Positions 58,958-64,000 of a stretch of 64,000 nucleotides of DNA are shown here, one piece after another (within the stretch, counting starts at the first letter, position 1; each line of letters starts with the position of its first letter). The position numbers and the translations under genes are program-made. The notes below the pieces were generated by a model. That model made no database searches and was not told the origin of the DNA. It worked only from the letters and a program-made list of their open reading frames with translations. This DNA is from Ramazzottius varieornatus (taxonomy: Eukaryota > Animalia > Tardigrada): NCBI GenBank assembly GCA_001949185.1, contig BDGG01000011.1, positions 1 through 64,000 of the forward strand, given 5' to 3'.

Positions 58958-61598
58958 TTAATAAGTCATCTCTTCGTCGTGGAATCGGAAAGATGAGGAA
59001 CTTTTAACGCCGCTGTCTGGAGAAGAGTTCTGGTTGATGTGCCCGTCGCTCGAGCTAGATGATGGAGGCATGTCGGACATGGGAACTGAGAACCCACTGC
59101 TCGCTTGATGGACTTCAACTGTGGAACGCAGGGGACCTAAAATAGACGTATTGCTCTGTTGGTTCCGGTTCTTCAGAAGTTCAGTCAAGGGGGAGTCTGC
59201 AGGTGGCGCTAAAAGATTTTCGATCACGTCCAGGAGCATGGCGTTCTGTCGTAGCAGCTCATCAATCCGATTCTGTAAGAAATACCCGTGGAAGAAACGG
59301 TGAATGGATCCCAAGTCCGCGTGTTTACATTAGAAAAAGCTTTTCGAAACGCTAGACTACAGATTCAAAATCCCGCTGTGGTCTCGAATTAGCCAAAGAC
59401 AAAAATGGTTAGTTTTATTGTACTCGTACGAAAGGGATTCCTCCAAGACAGGGCTACATTGGCAGTACCTGTGAATCCATCCGAGCAGCGGTCTCCGAAG
59501 CAAGCTGGCTTTTCAAGAAGGCAATCTGTGACTTGGCCACCCTGGACTTCTGTAGTTCATGCTCCAATCTAGCATTGACAACGGAAACACTGGGATTAGT
59601 GGCGGAATGGCGCATCTCGGCAATTGAGGAAATGCTGGACATTTGCGACAGGGACGAACGCACATTGCGCAGACTGCCTTCGTAAGCTTCAACACTGCTG
59701 GAGATCTTGGCGGAAATTTGGCCAACAGTTAAAGAGCCTGTAATGCAAGAAGGAAATGCGAAATTTCAATCTTGACTGACTTCCATCAAGAACCTACCGG
59801 GAAGTCCGTGCGAGACCAACGAAGGGTTGCACTCGGAAAGACTTTTGATGATACGGTTGGGCGAGCTGGAGCCGGCATGAGAACAAGAGGGAAGTCCGGC
59901 GGGCAAGTCAAGCTCTTCGGGTAGTGTCAAGTGGCCACTTGGTAACAAGGCAGGCATTTCCGCGTGACGTAATCGAAGACTGGTGGGCTCGCCGCGACGT
60001 GGGGAGTTTTCTGATGATGATGTGACCAGCTTAGCTTTGTCTTTTTGCTGTTGTTGCTGATGACAGACGTCGAACGCTTGACCAATGGTCTTTACGATCT
60101 GCATTGCTTCAGCCTGCAACGTAAATACATGCTTACTGAAGGCGTGCAGTAGAATCGTGTAACTCGGGACGAAACATATCCTAGATGCATTGTTTCTTTC
60201 CAGTTCTCTTTCCATAACGTTCTAAGCACAGATTGACTTGCCACTTACTTTTCGTCGAGCTTTGAAGACGATGCATCGAAGGAAATCATTTTGGGTGCTT
60301 TCACGGACGATATAGCTGAAGATGTTGAGATCCTGCGAGTCATGGGACACATAGAAGATTCTATAACGGATACAGAATGACAAATGATGAATTATGGAAA
60401 TTTGAGAGGTCATTTGCTGTCAAGCCCACTGATTGACTTGTCTGCACCACAAACGCGTAATGGACTCATCGAAAAAACATGACTGACACTTTTGAGCAAG
60501 TACCTATGAATGGGATGTTGAAGGAGGGTGTTGGATGAATCGGCGTCAAAAGAGATCAAATTGTCAAGCTTATCGTAATCCACTCGTCCAAAATTGTGGC
60601 GCTGGCTGGCGCCATTCGCACTGCTCACTTTGACGCCATCCACGCTAATTTTCAGCTCCACTTTCCTCTTGCCCATCCCTTGACTTTTATGGTCGTACTG
60701 AAAAGGGAAAACAAAATTATTCCGTCGTCAGCGCCTTCTTGATTCTTTAGTCTCAATGGCGCAATTCAATCGAGCGGCATCTTGTTCTTAAGTTGGCTAT
60801 TTTTCCCCGAATGTTCGGCCAGTCTAAAATTTCGATATCCAGAGTTCCTCTCATTTGAATATTCGATTGCCATATTATCTTGTCGAAAAGGCTCTCTCTG
60901 ATTTTTGTACGAAGATTTTATTTTGAATTCCCTCTAGAAATGCCAATGAAGATTCCAGCAAAAATTTGAAAAATACTGCGTCATTATGGAAACGATTTTT
61001 CAGGCTTGAAGGAGAAGCCTGAATACCGGTCTCCCAAACTTGAGGATGGGTATTATCCGACGAACCAATTAAGTGCAATATTTTCACGGTCTAGAGGACT
61101 TACGCGAACTCGCCGCATGGCTGCCACAATTTCCATCCGGCTCTGTGGGCGCGAGATATCCAGGACGCCTATCAGCTGCAACGAGACAAAAGACATTCAA
61201 CTGTGTACCTGTTTATTCAGTTGAGACATGGACGATCAATAGAGCCATCACAAATAGCTTGGAAAGATAAACATGATCGATTGTCGTTTTGCACCTACAG
61301 CATGCACAATAGCGACATCATACGCCCTAGAGAAGCACTGGCTGCCAGATTCAACCGACCACAATCGAACAGATACCCAAAGGTGAACACAACATTACAA
61401 AGGTCAGTGATCATTTCTTACCTTCGCTTCGAAACAGATTCCATGTTGAAAAGCGTCGGTAGGATAAACTATGGCAGCGTTTCCCGCTAATTCCGCAGCT
61501 GTGGTCGAGCGTGGGAACAGCATGCTAATGAAGCGTTTACTGCCGAAACGCGCAGAAGCTCGGTTCCGGTTGGCGATCAACGTTGGTTCAGAATCCAT
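58958..61598 (-). CDS. NOS1AP: NOS1AP/CAPON (DYC-1-like) PTB-domain adaptor, about 7 exons
   Basis: [11 protein letters not shown]|[24 protein letters not shown]|Y...[13 protein letters not shown]...HPIHR|[17 protein letters not shown]...[16 protein letters not shown]; coiled coil [23 protein letters not shown]|[10 protein letters not shown]. Confidence 0.93.
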
Positions 61599-64000
61599 CT
61601 TTTTATTTCAGAATGAAAATCCTGCAATATCCCCAACTTATCAATCTCCAACCAGTACAACTCGACCAGCGGCCATCCACATGAAATTTGATGAAGCGAG
61701 TAAGCCACGTTATGATGACCAGTGACAAAGAAGACGATCAAGCCTGAACATCCTGTTTGAGTTTTCGCAAAGTACAAAAAAGACCCGGATATACAGTTTC
61801 ATGTAAGACTAAAAGTCAGGTGATGAAGAGCAGCAAATTAGGAGGGAGGAGAAGCAGGCTACGGTTTCGTTCGGAGAAAGTTTGATGTGACGATGGAACA
61901 CAAATCTTTTATGACATTTGGCGTCGCACGTCAAACACCAAAGACGTCTCAATCACCGTCTGCCACTTAATACGCCACAAGAACAAAAGAGACACGTACG
62001 ATGGAAGAGTAGAAGGACATAAATCAACGGAGAAGACCGAAGCGCCATGCTGCATAACACAACATCTCACATGCAATTGAGCGCAATCTTTGCCTTGTAA
62101 AGACAAGCTGAAGACCAGTAAATTGATCGTGAGAGCAACGGCAGGAAAAGCGAGTGATGCTCGTATCGTTAGCTGGCCCGACCCGCGACGTACTGCCTTG
62201 TCAAGCTGAGAATCCCCCTGTGGTCTCCTTGATATCAAGGAGAAGAAAGAAGGCGGGCAAGCAGAGGGTTCCCTGATTGCGATCTGGCACGAATCGATGG
62301 ATCCCAACATCCGTCACTGCACACAAGTGATACGCCAACTCTGATATTATACCCTTGAAAAAGCCATTAATTTGTAATCAACTGCGTAACAATGTGGACA
62401 AAGTGGGCAAACGTTGGGAATTGAGCCGTGCTCCCATCTGTGCACACTTGTGAGCCAGATCAAAAAGTCCTCCTTCGTCTTTGCTAAGCGGTTCGCCCAT
62501 CAAACCGACTACGAGGTAGAGGACATAACTCTGCCGTACCCGTTTTTGGACCTAATTATGACGGGTTATATTTATGAGCTCTCTGCACTACCTCACTTGG
62601 TTTTTCGTTACCCAGGTAGACAAACTTATCTCCCAGAGTTTAAGATGGGTTTCAGGATGCAGAGAAGTTTAGGTCGTTGAAACTTCTCTTGGGAAAATCG
62701 GTTCTCTTGGGTCTGTCTAATGTTGAGGGGCCTAAATTTGTATCAACAAGCGTACGATGAGAAATGAATCAAAGCGTCGACGATAAGGTTCAAACGTTTT
62801 ACGCCGTCAGAATTACGTCCCAAAAGTTCGTACGGCAGAATTATGCCTTCTACCTCGTACAGCTCTTTGAGATACCCAATGCATCGCGAACTCTGTTTCA
62901 GAACCAACTTTTGCTTCTAGATAAATTTTGGAAAACGAAGCGTACGACTTTCGTCAAAAAACTTGTCACTTTTTTGCTTGTGCTCAAATGAGGATGCGGT
63001 ACGAAAAGTTTGGTGCGAGTAGATTAGAGAAAAGTGGAGCGAAATTTCTTTATGCAAATCTGGTCCTTTGGACGAACTGTATAGAAAGTCAGCAAAGAAG
63101 GCACGCGAAGGGCACTTCATTTGTAAATGTGGCGGAATAATTGGGAGCAAGTAGGGCCGGGATGATGGCAGATTAAACAGAGCTCAGACAGGATTTACTG
63201 TGTCAAAGTATTCATTAAAGTCTAGTATGGGATGTCGTCATTACTTGGCGCTGTTCTTCACCACATTCCCACATTTCTCCTCAACAACTTCCTATAAGAA
63301 AACTTGCAAAGACGCTGGAAAATCCTCCATCTCATCATCGTGTTCGCAACCCGTTATTAACAGTGCGAAGTGTGAAGGACAGAAAAGCCAAAGGCCGGAA
63401 AACCCAGGAAGACATAATAAAGCAGCTATCTGCGATCGTCAGGCGCACTTCCTTTCACACTTCCGGCTGAGCAAACGCCACATCGCTCTTCTCATTCAAT
63501 ATCAATCGGCTGCTCTTTTGAAGTCGCCATATGCTTACTTATGTACAAAGGAAAACCAAACGACGCTTTGATCGAGTCGAAGACAGTTGCCACAGTGCAG
63601 GCACAAGTAGTGGCACTGGGTTCGTCACATTCCACTCTCTCGACCCACGATTGTCAGTCAGCATGGACAGATGAGAAATTCTTTCAAAACGATTTCCACA
63701 TATCCGGCTGAATTAAAGCGAGTACTCGCTATCTGCATTTTGGTTCGCAAGAAAAGTGGAAATTTTATCAATCAAACTCTGTAGGGAAAACGTTCCGACA
63801 GATTGCTGACGTGTTGGCCAAACCTTGCTAGGGCACTTTCGAGCAGTTATCGATGTGTCAAAAAACGACCTTCAAATGCCAGTGTTAAAATTGTATATTT
63901 AAATCCAATGTACTAACTCGAAAATCCAGATTCATCAGATATTCGAATGATCAACTACTACGAGTAATGCTGAAAAAAATTAATACCAGCTCAAACGTCC

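Noticed and set aside
61600-64000. Short ORFs upstream of NOS1AP
   Set aside because: No domain signal; probably 5' UTR, intron or intergenic sequence.

Overview
Eukaryotic, gene-dense genomic DNA with short GT-AG introns (mostly 50-600 nt). The gene set is metazoan. The compactness and TE content suggest a small invertebrate genome such as a tardigrade, but that is inference only. Conserved genes: PP2A B56 regulatory subunit (-), RASD/Rhes-type small GTPase (+), a NOL11 C-terminal-domain protein (-), WDR83/MORG1 (-), CHMP4/Snf7 (-), a shortened PDIA5-like disulfide isomerase (+) and NOS1AP/CAPON (-). Orphan genes include secreted proteins and a Gly-rich precursor. Between them lie many DNA-transposon remains: a decayed Helitron RepHel, two mariner relics barely visible in the ORF track, two intron-containing pogo-like transposases (one apparently intact, DD38D), a probable domesticated tandem CENP-B-HTH gene, a BEN-domain pseudogene, a possible Gypsy integrase relic and many MITEs or foldbacks. 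The clearest structural finding is a nested insertion (a TIR element carrying a mariner and a MITE) that splits a secreted-protein gene, which can be rebuilt from the sequence. No rRNA, tRNA or CRISPR was found. Exon boundaries and homologies were read by eye, without database searches.
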